The translations under genes and the position numbers were made by a program. The notes beneath the pieces were generated by a model. It searched no databases. It worked only from the letters and a program-made list of their open reading frames with translations, and was not told the origin of the DNA. From positions 143,069-207,068 of the forward strand of contig CANLZP010000001.1 of NCBI GenBank assembly GCA_947495695.1: a stretch of 64,000 nt of DNA. The letters run 5' to 3'. Below, piece after piece: positions 10,073-19,995 of the stretch; positions within the stretch are counted from its first letter, which is position 1, and every line of letters begins with the position of its first letter. Source of the stretch: an uncultured Erythrobacter sp. Lineage in GTDB: Bacteria; Pseudomonadota; Alphaproteobacteria; Sphingomonadales; Sphingomonadaceae.

Positions 10073-11941
10073 CTAAAGTCCGGCTGTGGTCGCGGTCCAG
10101 AACGTCAAACCGGCGAATACATAGGCAAGCGCGAACAAATACCCCAGCATGAACAATGGCCATTTCCAGCCGTTGGTCTCGCGGCGCGTTACCGCAATGG
10201 TGGAGAGGCATTGCGGGGCAAACACAAACCAAGCCAGAAACGCCAGAGCTGTGGGCAGGCTCCACCGCGCGGCGATCTGATCGCGCAAGGCTGCCTCGGT
10301 TGCTTCATCACCCTCTGCATCCACGGCATAGGTGGTAGCCAAACTGGCCACGGCCACTTCGCGCGCGGCCATCGCGGGCACCAACGCAAGCGTCATTTCG
10401 CGGTTAAAGCCAATCGGTTTGAAGGCTGGCTCCATCGCGCTGGCGATGTGACCGGCAAAGCTGGCATCCAATTGGCTCTCGCCCGGATCGGCTTTGGGAA
10501 AAGTCAGCAGCAGCCACAGGATGACCGTCGCGGCAAAAATGATCGTACCGGCGCGGCGCAGGAACACCCATGCGCGCTGCCACAGTCCGATCAGCAGATC
10601 CTTGATTCGGGGCCATTGATAGCGCGGCAGCTCCATAATCAACCCACTTGCCCCGCCCTGCGTAACCGTCAGGCGCAGGATCAGCGCGACCACCATCGCA
10701 CCCACAATTCCCGCAATATACAGCGCGAACAGGACCAGACCTTGCAATCCGATGCCAGGCCCAACGCTGTTGGCGGGAATAACCGCGGCGATGATCACGG
10801 CATAAACCGGAAGCCGGGCCGAACAGGTCATTAGCGGCGCAATCAAAATGGTCGTCAGCCGGTCTTTGGGATCAGCAATGCTACGCGTCGCCATAATACC
10901 GGGAATGGCGCAAGCAAAGCTGGACAGCAGCGGAATGAAACTGCGGCCCGACAGGCCCACGCTGGCCATCAGCCGGTCCATCAAGAAGGCTGCACGGGCC
11001 ATATAGCCGCTCGCCTCCATCACCAGAATAAAGGCGAACAGAATGATAATCTGGGGCAGGAAAACAACCACCGAGCCCACGCCCGCTATCAGTCCTTCGG
11101 TTAGGAAATCGCGCACGAAACTTTCTGGCATGGTAGAGGTGACAAAGCCCGAGGCAGCCTCGGTCGCGCCTTCGATCAGGCCAATAAAGGGGTCTGCCCA
11201 GGCGAATACCGCCTGAAACATAATGAACAAGAACCCGAACAGGATCACCGGGCCAATCCATGGATTGAGCAAAACCTTGTCCAACCCCGAATGCAGGCGG
11301 TGGGTGCCACTTTCGGAAAGGATCGCCGCCTTGGCGATATTTTTGGCGGCCAAGCGCCGTTCCGGCAGCGTAATGTGGATCGTGCGCCGCGCATCTTCCT
11401 GATCTGCATCGGCCACATCGCGCCCACTGCTGACATCGGTTATGACTTGGCGCAATTCATCCAACCCGCGCCGACGCACAGCTACGGTAGAGACCACTGG
11501 CACTCCCAGCGCATGGGACAGGGCATCAGGATCAAGGATCAGTCCATCCCGCTCGGCCAGATCGACCATGTTCAGCGCAACCACGGTTGGACGGCCCAGC
11601 GCAATCACCTCTTGCGCAAACACCAGATGCTGCTCCAGATTTGCGGCATCCAGCACGATGATGATCACATCGGGCTGCGCTTGGCCGTCAATCTCGCCCA
11701 TAACCACTTTGCGGGTGACTTCTTCATCGGGACTGCTGGTTTCAGACAGGCCATAACTGCCCGGCAAATCGAGCAGCTCAACCGTGGCGCCATGGGCCAA
11801 TTGCAACCGACCCGCTTTGCGCTCGACCGTTACGCCGGGGTAGTTGGCGATTTTTTGCCGAGCGCCAGTGAGTGCGTTGAACAGCGCGCTTTTGCCCGCA
11901 TTGGGGTTGCCGACCAGCGCGATAGTGTGGGGGGATGACAT
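10073..11941 (-). CDS. feoB: Ferrous iron transporter B
   Basis: GNPNAGKS, NYPGVTVE, DLPG, NMVD G-motifs; membrane domain with SFACAIPGIMATR and PQC. Confidence 0.96.
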   Translation of the reverse strand: MSSPHTIALVGNPNAGKSALFNALTGARQKIANYPGVTVERKAGRLQLAHGATVELLDLPGSYGLSETSSPDEEVTRKVVMGEIDGQAQPDVIIIVLDAANLEQHLVFAQEVIALGRPTVVALNMVDLAERDGLILDPDALSHALGVPVVSTVAVRRRGLDELRQVITDVSSGRDVADADQEDARRTIHITLPERRLAAKNIAKAAILSESGTHRLHSGLDKVLLNPWIGPVILFGFLFIMFQAVFAWADPFIGLIEGATEAASGFVTSTMPESFVRDFLTEGLIAGVGSVVVFLPQIIILFAFILVMEASGYMARAAFLMDRLMASVGLSGRSFIPLLSSFACAIPGIMATRSIADPKDRLTTILIAPLMTCSARLPVYAVIIAAVIPANSVGPGIGLQGLVLFALYIAGIVGAMVVALILRLTVTQGGASGLIMELPRYQWPRIKDLLIGLWQRAWVFLRRAGTIIFAATVILWLLLTFPKADPGESQLDASFAGHIASAMEPAFKPIGFNREMTLALVPAMAAREVAVASLATTYAVDAEGDEATEAALRDQIAARWSLPTALAFLAWFVFAPQCLSTIAVTRRETNGWKWPLFMLGYLFALAYVFAGLTFWTATTAGL

Positions 11942-11954
11942 AGTCGCTGCGCCC

Positions 11955-12194
11955 TTAATCTTGGGTGATTTGCATGGCGGCGGCGTGGGCGCGGCGCACC
12001 GCAATCGTCATCCGGCCAACTGTCAACGCAATCGGGTCAGCCCCACCGAACACGCCGCGATGGGCGATCGCGACGTCGGCGCCTTCATCCAGCCCTAAAG
12101 CGCGCAAGCGCTGGCCTTCTGAAGGAACCAACTGATCCCAATCGATATACGAAATGCGGGCTGATTCGCCCCTTGCAAGCTGGTCGAGCGTCAT
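11955..12194 (-). CDS. feoA: Ferrous iron transport protein A
   Basis: 79-aa SH3-like protein (RLRALGLDEG..DPIAL) directly upstream of feoB. Confidence 0.9.
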   Translation of the reverse strand: MTLDQLARGESARISYIDWDQLVPSEGQRLRALGLDEGADVAIAHRGVFGGADPIALTVGRMTIAVRRAHAAAMQITQD

Positions 12195-12222
12195 GCCATC
12201 GCGCTGCCAGACAGCGTCGCTA

Positions 12223-12241
12223 ATTGCAACTAATTATCATT
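12223..12241. promoter_or_regulatory. Fur-like iron box upstream of feoA
   Basis: Reverse complement AATGATAATTAGTTGCAAT resembles the Fur consensus; about 30 nt upstream of feoA. Confidence 0.6.
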
Positions 12242-12257
12242 AGTAAGATCGGGTTAT

Positions 12258-12926
12258 TTATCGCGCCGGATAGCGCAAACGGCCCAAAAAGCGCGAGACG
12301 CTGAAGCTGTCTCGTTCGCGCCCGAGCCACTTGGCCTTGGTCTTTTCGAACTTCATCACCCCATCGATGCGCCGGTCAAGAAAGGCATAGGTGCTGGACT
12401 TGCTTTCGCTCTCGTCATCGATGAATACGGCCAAGGTCGCGGTGTAAATCCCGGCCAAAATGGTGCGCTTGGTATAGTGGTTGTAATCAGTCGCCGTATC
12501 GCCCGCCAGTCGCCACATCACATCGGCGCTTTTCCAGCCCGTTCGCAGCGATTTTGGAGCATTGTGCGGCATCGCCATGATCGCCATCGCGCGGCGCAAG
12601 GCCTCTTCCAAACCATCCACCGCCTCCAGCCGGAACGCGACCAAAGCCCGAATGCGTTCTCTAATCTTCATTTCAGCGAGCTTTTCAGGTGGCAAAGCCT
12701 CCACCATCGCCAGATCGATCGAGGCGATCCACGCGCTGATCATGTCCATCGCGCCGCCGGGATAGGCCAGCCGCGCCACATCCGGGTCAACGTCAGCCAT
12801 CTGCGCTGCATGGTCCAAAGCAGTATCGCTCCAGCCATCGAAAATGGCCGCAGAAGCAACTTCACCCGCCATCGCCAAACGCAATTCGTCCAGCGTCAGA
12901 TCAGCCATGTCCGGTGATTGCACCAT
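12258..12926 (-). CDS. COQ9 family ubiquinone biosynthesis protein
   Basis: FDGWS and WRLAGDTATDYNHYTKRTILAGIY motifs. Confidence 0.92.
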   Translation of the reverse strand: MVQSPDMADLTLDELRLAMAGEVASAAIFDGWSDTALDHAAQMADVDPDVARLAYPGGAMDMISAWIASIDLAMVEALPPEKLAEMKIRERIRALVAFRLEAVDGLEEALRRAMAIMAMPHNAPKSLRTGWKSADVMWRLAGDTATDYNHYTKRTILAGIYTATLAVFIDDESESKSSTYAFLDRRIDGVMKFEKTKAKWLGRERDSFSVSRFLGRLRYPAR

Positions 12927-13546
12927 CAGGCGGAAGGACCATAATCACGCGTAACACCGCCAGTCTCGCGCTCTTCATCCGCGCGAGTGAACTCGTCCAG
13001 AACCCGTTTATTGCCCGTCATCAGCTTTGCATATTCGCGCGCCGAGCGTCCCGAATTGTCGGTTCGATCAGGGTTCGCACCCTTTTCCAAGAGCAGGCGA
13101 ATGATGGCCACATTTCGTCGATGCACGGCCGCAATCAACGGAGTCTCGCCCGATGAATCGGTGATGTTGAGGTTTGCGCCAGCCTTGATCAAAGTAGCAA
13201 CGGCTTCCTCGTCACCCAAGGTAACCGCTAGCTGCAATGGCGCTACGCCCTTTTTGTCCTTGATGTTGGGATTGGCACCGCGCTGGGTCAGAAACTTGAC
13301 CCAAGTGGCGTCACGGCGAGCCGTGACAATATGTAAGGCGGTTTCGCCCGTGGAAATGTCCCGTGTGTTGATGAGGACATTGCCCGGCTCGTTCAGCGCC
13401 TGCGTTACCGCAGTGCCGTCACGTTCCTTAACCGCTTCCAGAAATTCATAGCCCTCAGAGAACAATTGCGCTGCTGCTGGAACCGCAAAGGCCGATCCGA
13501 AAACCGCCAAAACAATTGCCAATCTGCGCATAACGGCACGCGCCAT
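12926..13546 (-). CDS. Exported ankyrin-repeat protein
   Basis: Signal peptide; GETALH, GVAPL, GETPL ankyrin repeats. Confidence 0.9.
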   Translation of the reverse strand: MARAVMRRLAIVLAVFGSAFAVPAAAQLFSEGYEFLEAVKERDGTAVTQALNEPGNVLINTRDISTGETALHIVTARRDATWVKFLTQRGANPNIKDKKGVAPLQLAVTLGDEEAVATLIKAGANLNITDSSGETPLIAAVHRRNVAIIRLLLEKGANPDRTDNSGRSAREYAKLMTGNKRVLDEFTRADEERETGGVTRDYGPSA

Positions 13547-13616
13547 GCTGTTATCCTTTCACATTTCCTGCCAAATAGCTTGTCACAGCCCCTGAACCAT
13601 TGCCAGTTAGCAGACG

Positions 13617-14231
13617 ATGAACCGCGACGCCATGCTTTCAAATTTTTCTCGAATGACCATGTCCATTGCCATGGCATTTGCCGTCGCTGCATGCTCTCCA
13701 ACGCCCGATCCGCCAGCAGAACCTCCTCTGGCCGGAGCTGACATTGGAGGCCCGTTCGAACTGATCAACAAGGATGGTGAAACGGTCCGGTGGCAGGATT
13801 TCGATGGCCAATATCGGATCGTTTATTTCGGCTTTACCTATTGTCCCGACATATGCCCCAATGATGTGCAACGCATGTCTCAGGGCCTGCGAATGTTTGC
13901 CGAAAGCGATCCCAAGCGCGCAGCGCAAGTGCAATCTATCTTTATCTCCGTCGATCCCGAACGCGATACGCCCGAGATCGTTGGCGAATTTGCAGCCGCA
14001 TTTTCGGATGATCTAATCGGTCTGACCGGATCGCCAGAACAGGTCAAAACCGCGGCCGACAATTTCCGCGTGTTCTATTCGCGCGGGGAAGATACACCGG
14101 GCGGCGGATATCTCGTCGACCATTCGGCGATTGTGTATCTGTTTGGAAGATCGGGTGAGCCTTTGGCGACCCTGCCAACCGATCAGGGCGCGCAAGCTGT
14201 GGCAGATGAATTGGCCAAATGGGTGAGTTAA
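13617..14231 (+). CDS. SCO family copper chaperone
   Basis: FGFTYCPDICP (CxxxC), ISVDPERD, VDHS; lipobox-like AVAAC. Confidence 0.95.
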   Translation: MNRDAMLSNFSRMTMSIAMAFAVAACSPTPDPPAEPPLAGADIGGPFELINKDGETVRWQDFDGQYRIVYFGFTYCPDICPNDVQRMSQGLRMFAESDPKRAAQVQSIFISVDPERDTPEIVGEFAAAFSDDLIGLTGSPEQVKTAADNFRVFYSRGEDTPGGGYLVDHSAIVYLFGRSGEPLATLPTDQGAQAVADELAKWVS

Positions 14232-14662
14232 GGGACCAGTTCTGGGAATTGCCGCTGGAGGCACTTACCCGGTCCGAATGGGAGGCGCTGTGCGATGGCT
14301 GCGGTCGGTGCTGCCTGCAGAAAATCGAGGACGCGGATACCGGTGCGATCGAAGACACCAACGTCGCGTGCCGATTGCTCGACACCAACACAGCGCAATG
14401 CAGCGATTACCGCAATCGCAAGGCCTTTGTACCCGATTGCCTGCGTCTGACGTTGAAGATTGTAAAGGAAGTTGCGTGGCTGCCGCGCAGCTGCGCCTAT
14501 CGTTTGCGAGCCGAGGATCGCCCGCTTGAGCCTTGGCATTATCTGCTGTGCGGTGACCGCGAAGAAGTGAAACGCGCGGGTATTTCGGTGGCTGGAAGAG
14601 TGGTGAGCGAAGTGGATGCTGGCCCGCTGGAACATCATGTGGTCGAATGGGACGCGCCATGA
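14219..14662 (+). CDS. YcgN family cysteine-cluster protein
   Basis: WEALCDGCGRCCL, CSDYRNR, WLPRSCAY. Confidence 0.93.
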   Translation: MGELRDQFWELPLEALTRSEWEALCDGCGRCCLQKIEDADTGAIEDTNVACRLLDTNTAQCSDYRNRKAFVPDCLRLTLKIVKEVAWLPRSCAYRLRAEDRPLEPWHYLLCGDREEVKRAGISVAGRVVSEVDAGPLEHHVVEWDAP

Positions 14663-15381
14663 TGGATTGGCTGCGACGTGACATGCTAGAGCCAGAAATT
14701 GTACTAGGCCAAAGCACCATCCCGATTGTGTTGCGCCGCCACCCAACCGCTCGCCGTTTGACCTTGCGCCTTGCTCCCGATGGCAGCGAAGTGCGCATCA
14801 CCATGCCCAAATGGGCCCGCAGCGCCGAAGCGATTGCCTTTGCCCATGCCCGCCGGGAATGGCTGGCTGGCCAGCATCAAAAGATCCCGCAACGCATCGC
14901 GCCACAGCCTGGACACACTATTGCGTATCGCGGGCAAGATATGCGGATTGAATGGCAGCAGGACCTCCCCCGCAAGCCTGTTATCGAGGGCACTGAGGTT
15001 CAATTGGGAGGACCGCTGCATTCGCTTGAGCACAGGTTGAAGCGCTGGCTTGAGGGCCAAGCGCTGGAACTGTTCGAGCGCGATGTGGCCCATTATTGCC
15101 AAAGAGCTGAACTGGAACAGGTGCCGGTCGCGCTTTCAAGGGCACAAAAGCGTTGGGGCAGCTGTTCTGATCGTTTGCGCATCCGGCTGAACTGGCGATT
15201 GATCCAAGCCCCCGACATGGTGCGCAGGTCTGTGGTTGCGCATGAGGTCACCCATTTGGTCCATTTTGATCACAGCCCCGCATTCCACACCATGCTAGCG
15301 GATTTGTTCGAAGATGACATCGCCGCAGCCGATCGTTGGCTGAAAGAGAACGGTCGTGGCCTCTACACCCATTTTGGCTAG
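14659..15381 (+). CDS. M48/YgjP (DUF45) metal-dependent hydrolase
   Basis: RWGSCS, LNWRL, VVAHEVTHLVHFDHSPAF (HExxH). Confidence 0.9.
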   Translation: MMDWLRRDMLEPEIVLGQSTIPIVLRRHPTARRLTLRLAPDGSEVRITMPKWARSAEAIAFAHARREWLAGQHQKIPQRIAPQPGHTIAYRGQDMRIEWQQDLPRKPVIEGTEVQLGGPLHSLEHRLKRWLEGQALELFERDVAHYCQRAELEQVPVALSRAQKRWGSCSDRLRIRLNWRLIQAPDMVRRSVVAHEVTHLVHFDHSPAFHTMLADLFEDDIAAADRWLKENGRGLYTHFG

Positions 15382-15452
15382 CTGGCTGCTCGTCTGCCTT
15401 CACTCCCAAAATTTGCATGGCGAAGGGACCGCCTTATCTCTATATCGGGACC

Positions 15453-15902
15453 ATGCTTCGCAATTCTCGCTTTAACCCCGGCACAGGAATCGTAGATTTC
15501 TGGAGCGAATTCAGAAAGCCAACGCCTTACCGTTGGCCGATTTTGGGCGTGTCTGCGCTGTTTACCTGCAGCCTGTTGTATGCCGTAACCAAAGAGCGGT
15601 ATTATTATCCACCCGAACGCCCCACCATCGAATATATTACCAGCTTCGAAGATGGCCGCAGCGATGCGGAGATTGCTGCCTCAAACGAAGAGAACCAACG
15701 TCGGCAGGACGCTATTGCCGCCGAGTTGGAAGAGATCGCTGAGCGCAAACGAGAACTTTACCGCTCGCTGGGTCGTGCCTCGGGCATGGATGTGGACGCG
15801 ATGGAGCGCCAGATTGCTGCAGAGCGTGCTGCGGAAGAGACCGAGCTGGAGCGCATTCGCACCGAGCGGGAAGAACGTGCGGGCGAAATATCCCAACAAT
15901 AG
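15453..15902 (+). CDS. Hypothetical membrane-anchored protein with acidic coiled-coil tail
   Basis: Open frame with one TM segment and an E/R-rich C-terminus; typical codon usage. Confidence 0.7.
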   Translation: MLRNSRFNPGTGIVDFWSEFRKPTPYRWPILGVSALFTCSLLYAVTKERYYYPPERPTIEYITSFEDGRSDAEIAASNEENQRRQDAIAAELEEIAERKRELYRSLGRASGMDVDAMERQIAAERAAEETELERIRTEREERAGEISQQ

Positions 15903-15968
15903 CTTAGCATTGCCGGAAAGTTACGGCCTGCATGCAGCACCCTTCCCGATACAGAGGAGCCTTATTCT

Positions 15969-15997
15969 TTGACAATGGCCCATTCCGACTGAATAAT
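15969..15997 (+). promoter_or_regulatory. Sigma70-type promoter candidate for the J-domain gene
   Basis: TTGACA-17 nt-AATAAT about 130 nt upstream of 16128. Confidence 0.5.
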
Positions 15998-16127
15998 GAT
16001 TTTGGGTAACGGCTCCGTTGGTGTTGAACCAGTAAGAGAGCCAATCGCATTCAAGTATACCGCTGGATAGACATCAATCCATTCAGCAAATGACGGGCCA
16101 TTTGGCCCCGCTCGACAGGAATATGCG

Positions 16128-16706
16128 ATGACCGAGAATATTGAATTTGTCGATCTGTATGCGCTCCTTCAGGTGAGCCCCGATTGCGACGGCAAAATTC
16201 TGGAAAAAGCCTATCATCACTTTGCCCTGAAATATCATCCGGACCAGGCCGAAACGGCCGATGTTGGAAAATTTCAGGAAGTCGTTGATGCCTATACCGT
16301 GCTGCGCGATGGGGAAAAGCGCACCGAATATGACAAGCAATATGCCGCCCATCATGGCGACAATGTGTTTGCGTTCCCCAGTGCACAAGATGCCGCCGTG
16401 CAAGGGTCAGAGGCTTTAGCCGACGCCGAAGCGCATCAGAAAATCCTGATGCACCTATACAAGCAAAGACGCGAAAATGCCGAACAACCCGGAGTCGTGG
16501 GGTATTTCGTGCAAAGAATGCTGGGCTGCTCAGATGAAAGCTTTGACTTTCACGTCTGGTACCTCAAATCCAAAGGGCTCATCAGCGTGACCGAACAGGC
16601 CGAGTTGGCGATCACCATCGAGGGGGTTGATCACGTCATATCCATGAGCCGGACCGCCGAAGCGGAAAAGCTCATGATCGCTCAGGCCAAACCCCAAAAA
16701 GACTAA
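16128..16706 (+). CDS. J-domain (DnaJ-like) protein with a probable C-terminal winged helix
   Basis: DLYALLQV..AYHHFALKYHPD..YD J-domain with HPD; no zinc finger. Confidence 0.88.
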   Translation: MTENIEFVDLYALLQVSPDCDGKILEKAYHHFALKYHPDQAETADVGKFQEVVDAYTVLRDGEKRTEYDKQYAAHHGDNVFAFPSAQDAAVQGSEALADAEAHQKILMHLYKQRRENAEQPGVVGYFVQRMLGCSDESFDFHVWYLKSKGLISVTEQAELAITIEGVDHVISMSRTAEAEKLMIAQAKPQKD

Positions 16707-16762
16707 ACCAAGCCAGATTAAAATGGGCGGGATAAAGCTGGGCAGGACTAACCCCAGAAGAG

Positions 16763-17941
16763 TTAGCCAGTTACGGCGGTTAGCGCGCTGACGAATTTGT
16801 CGATATTGCCCATGTGCAAGCCGGCAATATTGATCCGCCCTGATCCCGCCATATAGATCGCATGATCGGCCCGCAGCTGTTGTACTTGCTCCTTGGAAAC
16901 CGGAAGCGTGGCAAACAGGCCGTTTTGCGCGGCCAAAGGCGTCAGATCGACGCTGCCCGCCGTACCCGCCTCAGCCAGCACTTGGCGCACTTGCCGCATG
17001 CGATTGCGCATCGTTTCCAACTCGTCCAGCCACAGCGCGGTAAGCTCAGGATCGTTCAGAATCATCCGAACAGCGGCTCCACCATGATCGGGCGGCATGG
17101 ACCAACTCGCCCTGGCCAACGCGTTGGCATTGGAAAAGATCGTGTCCAGGCCCGATGGCTCGCTCGCCATGGCATAAAATGCGCCCACGCGGTCGCGGTA
17201 AACACCAAAGTTCTTATCACAGCTATAGGCGACAAATGCCTCGGGCACGGCGGCTAGAACTCGCCTTAGGCCGTAGGCATCTTCTTCCATGCCTTTGCCC
17301 AAGCCTTGATAGGCGCAATCGATGATGGGGAAGATGCCTTTGACGGCTATCGCGTCAGCAATCGCATCCCATTCTGCATGGGTGTAATCCACGCCGGTCG
17401 GGTTGTGGCACGAACCATGCAGCAAAATGGCGTCGCTTGGACCTGCGCTATTGATGACATCCAGCAGTGCGCCAACATTGGCCGTTCCATCGGCATTGGC
17501 ATGGGCAAAGCCGATCATCTCCAGCGCGATATCACCCAGGATCTGTGCGTGGTTGGGCCAGCTTGGCGTACCAATATGCAGGCGATCAACACCAGCGCGC
17601 TGGGCCAAGGCAACCGCTAATCGGACTGCGCCGGTTCCGCCTGGCGCCTGCATCCCTTGGATGCGGCCATCCATGGAAGGATCTTTCTCGCCGAAAATGT
17701 AAGGCTTGAGAGCATCGACGAAGCCCATATCACCTTCTGGCCCCAGATAAGCCTTGGTGTCTTGCGTATCGACCAGCATCTGCTCGGCGCGCTTGATCGC
17801 CTGAAACACGGGCGTATCGCCCTGCCCGGTGCGATAGACCCCCACGCCCAGGTCAATTTTGTCGGGGTTGGGATCGTCAGCATAGGCCTTGATCAAGGCA
17901 AGGAGAGCATCGGCGGGCTGTGGTGTGAGTCGTTCTAACAT
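16763..17941 (-). CDS. Aromatic amino acid/aspartate aminotransferase (AspC/TyrB type)
   Basis: KIDLGVGVY, GGTGA, HNPTG, SCDKNFGVYRDRVG, SGRINIAG. Confidence 0.95.
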   Translation of the reverse strand: MLERLTPQPADALLALIKAYADDPNPDKIDLGVGVYRTGQGDTPVFQAIKRAEQMLVDTQDTKAYLGPEGDMGFVDALKPYIFGEKDPSMDGRIQGMQAPGGTGAVRLAVALAQRAGVDRLHIGTPSWPNHAQILGDIALEMIGFAHANADGTANVGALLDVINSAGPSDAILLHGSCHNPTGVDYTHAEWDAIADAIAVKGIFPIIDCAYQGLGKGMEEDAYGLRRVLAAVPEAFVAYSCDKNFGVYRDRVGAFYAMASEPSGLDTIFSNANALARASWSMPPDHGGAAVRMILNDPELTALWLDELETMRNRMRQVRQVLAEAGTAGSVDLTPLAAQNGLFATLPVSKEQVQQLRADHAIYMAGSGRINIAGLHMGNIDKFVSALTAVTG

Positions 17942-18068
17942 GGCGCACTCCCCATGCCGCGCGGCTGGCGCGCTCGCAACAGGCAATTGCCTGTTGGCGG
18001 AGATAGTTCAGCTATCGGTCAAAAGTTTTCGGGCCCGCTCAATCAAGATGCTCCGGCAAAGTTCCCAA

Positions 18069-18905
18069 TCAGAACGGCAGCCAGCGCTGTTTTTTGGAAA
18101 ATCGCATATAGCCAGCGTTCACGCCAAGCCGCAGTCCCGCACCCACGCGAATGGGGATCATCACAACATCCCCTTTGCGCAGATAGCTGGCGTGCATACC
18201 GCCCACCACATAGGCTTGGCCCTCGCCTGCAGGATAGCGCTCGTACAGCTCTTCGCTGTCATACAAATTGTAGACCAGGATAAAGGTGTTGCCGGCGTTG
18301 GCACCTGCATCAAAGCCCACCGATGGACCGGTCCAATACACCGGGCGTTCGCCTTCAATCTTATGGTATAGTTTGCCCGATCCATAGCGCGCGCCCACCA
18401 CAAATGCGCCGCCGGCTTCGCGGCCGACAATATAGGCATTGGGTTCGCCCTGATCTTTCAGAGCCTTTTCAATCAATCCGGCCAAGCCTTTGGCACCCTT
18501 GCCGAAGACACCTTCTGCTGCGCCAATCAGATCATCCTCGCCATAGGTGGTCTCCCTGCCTACGCCCGCATTAGCAGCGGTTGTTTCGGTGGGGGGAGGC
18601 ACAGCGTCGGGCGCCTGGTCAACCGACACCGGATCGGCCCATTCGGGCGCTGTCGGAGCGTCATATGCATTGGTGGTTGCCGGGGCAGCGGAGGTAGTCG
18701 TATTGGTCACACTCTGGGCGGCGCCGGCATCACTTGCCGGTAGCTCGCTGGCTGGTGCAAAAAGATCACCATCGATCGCGCCGGTATAGGCTGCGTCGGG
18801 ATCAATGCTCTCCAGTTCCTGAGCGCTGCTGGCGCTGCCCATCAACGCAAACGAGGCGGCGAACGCCAAGCTTACGGTTTTCAAACTTGCGAGAATATGT
18901 GTCAT
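18069..18905 (-). CDS. DUF1134 (EipA-like) exported protein
   Basis: Signal peptide; GEPNAYIVGREAGGAFVVGARYGSG, YWTGPSVGFDAG, IPIRVGAGLRLG. Confidence 0.88.
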   Translation of the reverse strand: MTHILASLKTVSLAFAASFALMGSASSAQELESIDPDAAYTGAIDGDLFAPASELPASDAGAAQSVTNTTTSAAPATTNAYDAPTAPEWADPVSVDQAPDAVPPPTETTAANAGVGRETTYGEDDLIGAAEGVFGKGAKGLAGLIEKALKDQGEPNAYIVGREAGGAFVVGARYGSGKLYHKIEGERPVYWTGPSVGFDAGANAGNTFILVYNLYDSEELYERYPAGEGQAYVVGGMHASYLRKGDVVMIPIRVGAGLRLGVNAGYMRFSKKQRWLPF

Positions 18906-19140
18906 TGTACCCTTCCCTGGCCCGTGCGCGGGCCGATCCAGCGTGAACAGAATCCTTTGATGGGTGGCGGGCAATTGCGCGTCGATGAACGGAATCGAAA
19001 ATACGGCGAACCGAGTCCTATGGTCGTCCAATGCCGGACATGGGCCATTTTCTTGGGCCGATCGCAATTTTTGTGAAGACTCAGCTTGCCGCCTTACCCA
19101 CTGCTCATTATAGCGCGCCCTTCGCATGCCAATGCGATGC

Positions 19141-19233
19141 GGAGACGTGGGTGAGTGGCTGAAACCAGTCCCCTGCTAAGGGACCATACTGTTTATAGCG
19201 GTATCGAGGGTTCGAATCCCTCCGTCTCCGCCA
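19141..19233 (+). tRNA. tRNA-Ser(GCT)
   Basis: Acceptor GGAGACG/CGTCTCC, anticodon arm GTCCC-CTGCTAA-GGGAC, long variable arm, GGTTCGAATCC, encoded CCA. Confidence 0.97.
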
Positions 19234-19667
19234 CCATTTTGTGTAATCTTTTGACTTTAAGATTGAATTTTTCTCTCGCTCCTTGGGCCCCACATTAAGC
19301 CCCACACAAAAGCTTGGCTGCGCGCCCTGCGACAGGGTAATTCTATTACTGATATTGCGGGCAAACTGAGCTCGACGAGGCCTGGAGAGGGAATGCTTGA
19401 GCTTAGCCACTCGCTGCCTTGCCGATACGGACAGCTTGGTGCCGACAAGAAAGAATTCTTTTTCGGGAGAGAGAGCCCCATGGGGGTTGGATCAAGACAA
19501 GGGTGGGGTATGTTCATGGTTGCTCACGAAGGATTTCCCAAAAACGGCTCAACTTATAGTCAACGAGACACTCGTTGAGATTTGCAACACAAGGAACGAT
19601 TGGATGTGAGAAAGTGGTCTTTCTGCTAGTTTTCTAGCGTCAGCCTTCGCTCACAACAGGCCAGAAT

Positions 19668-19782
19668 CTGACAGTCCGCTTACGACCCAGAAGCTGCCGT
19701 TCCTTTCACGACCCAGTTGCGGACGTTAAGCATCTGCTCAAGATTTAGGGGATGCTCGGGCTGCCTTGGATCGGGAAGGGAC
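19668..19782. repeat. Composite cluster of three palindromic repeat units
   Basis: CTGACAGTCCGCTTACGACCCAGAAGCTGCCGTT, CCTTTCACGACCCAGTTGCGGACGTTAAGCATC and an inverted TGGATCGGGAAGGGAC. Confidence 0.7.
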
Positions 19783-19995
19783 TTATATTCTCGAAAGCGT
19801 GCTACCTAAAATTGAGGGCTGAATTTCGAATGCTAGTATTCATCCCTCGAGGAATTTCGGAACGGACTGAGCGGCCTATTTGCATTTGTTCAACCGCGAC
19901 TCACTCCTTTGCCCAAGATCAATAGACATGAGCGGAAACAGTCCTTACTGAATTGGGGGAGAGGGGCTGAAGATGGTAGACTTTGGGGCGGTACT

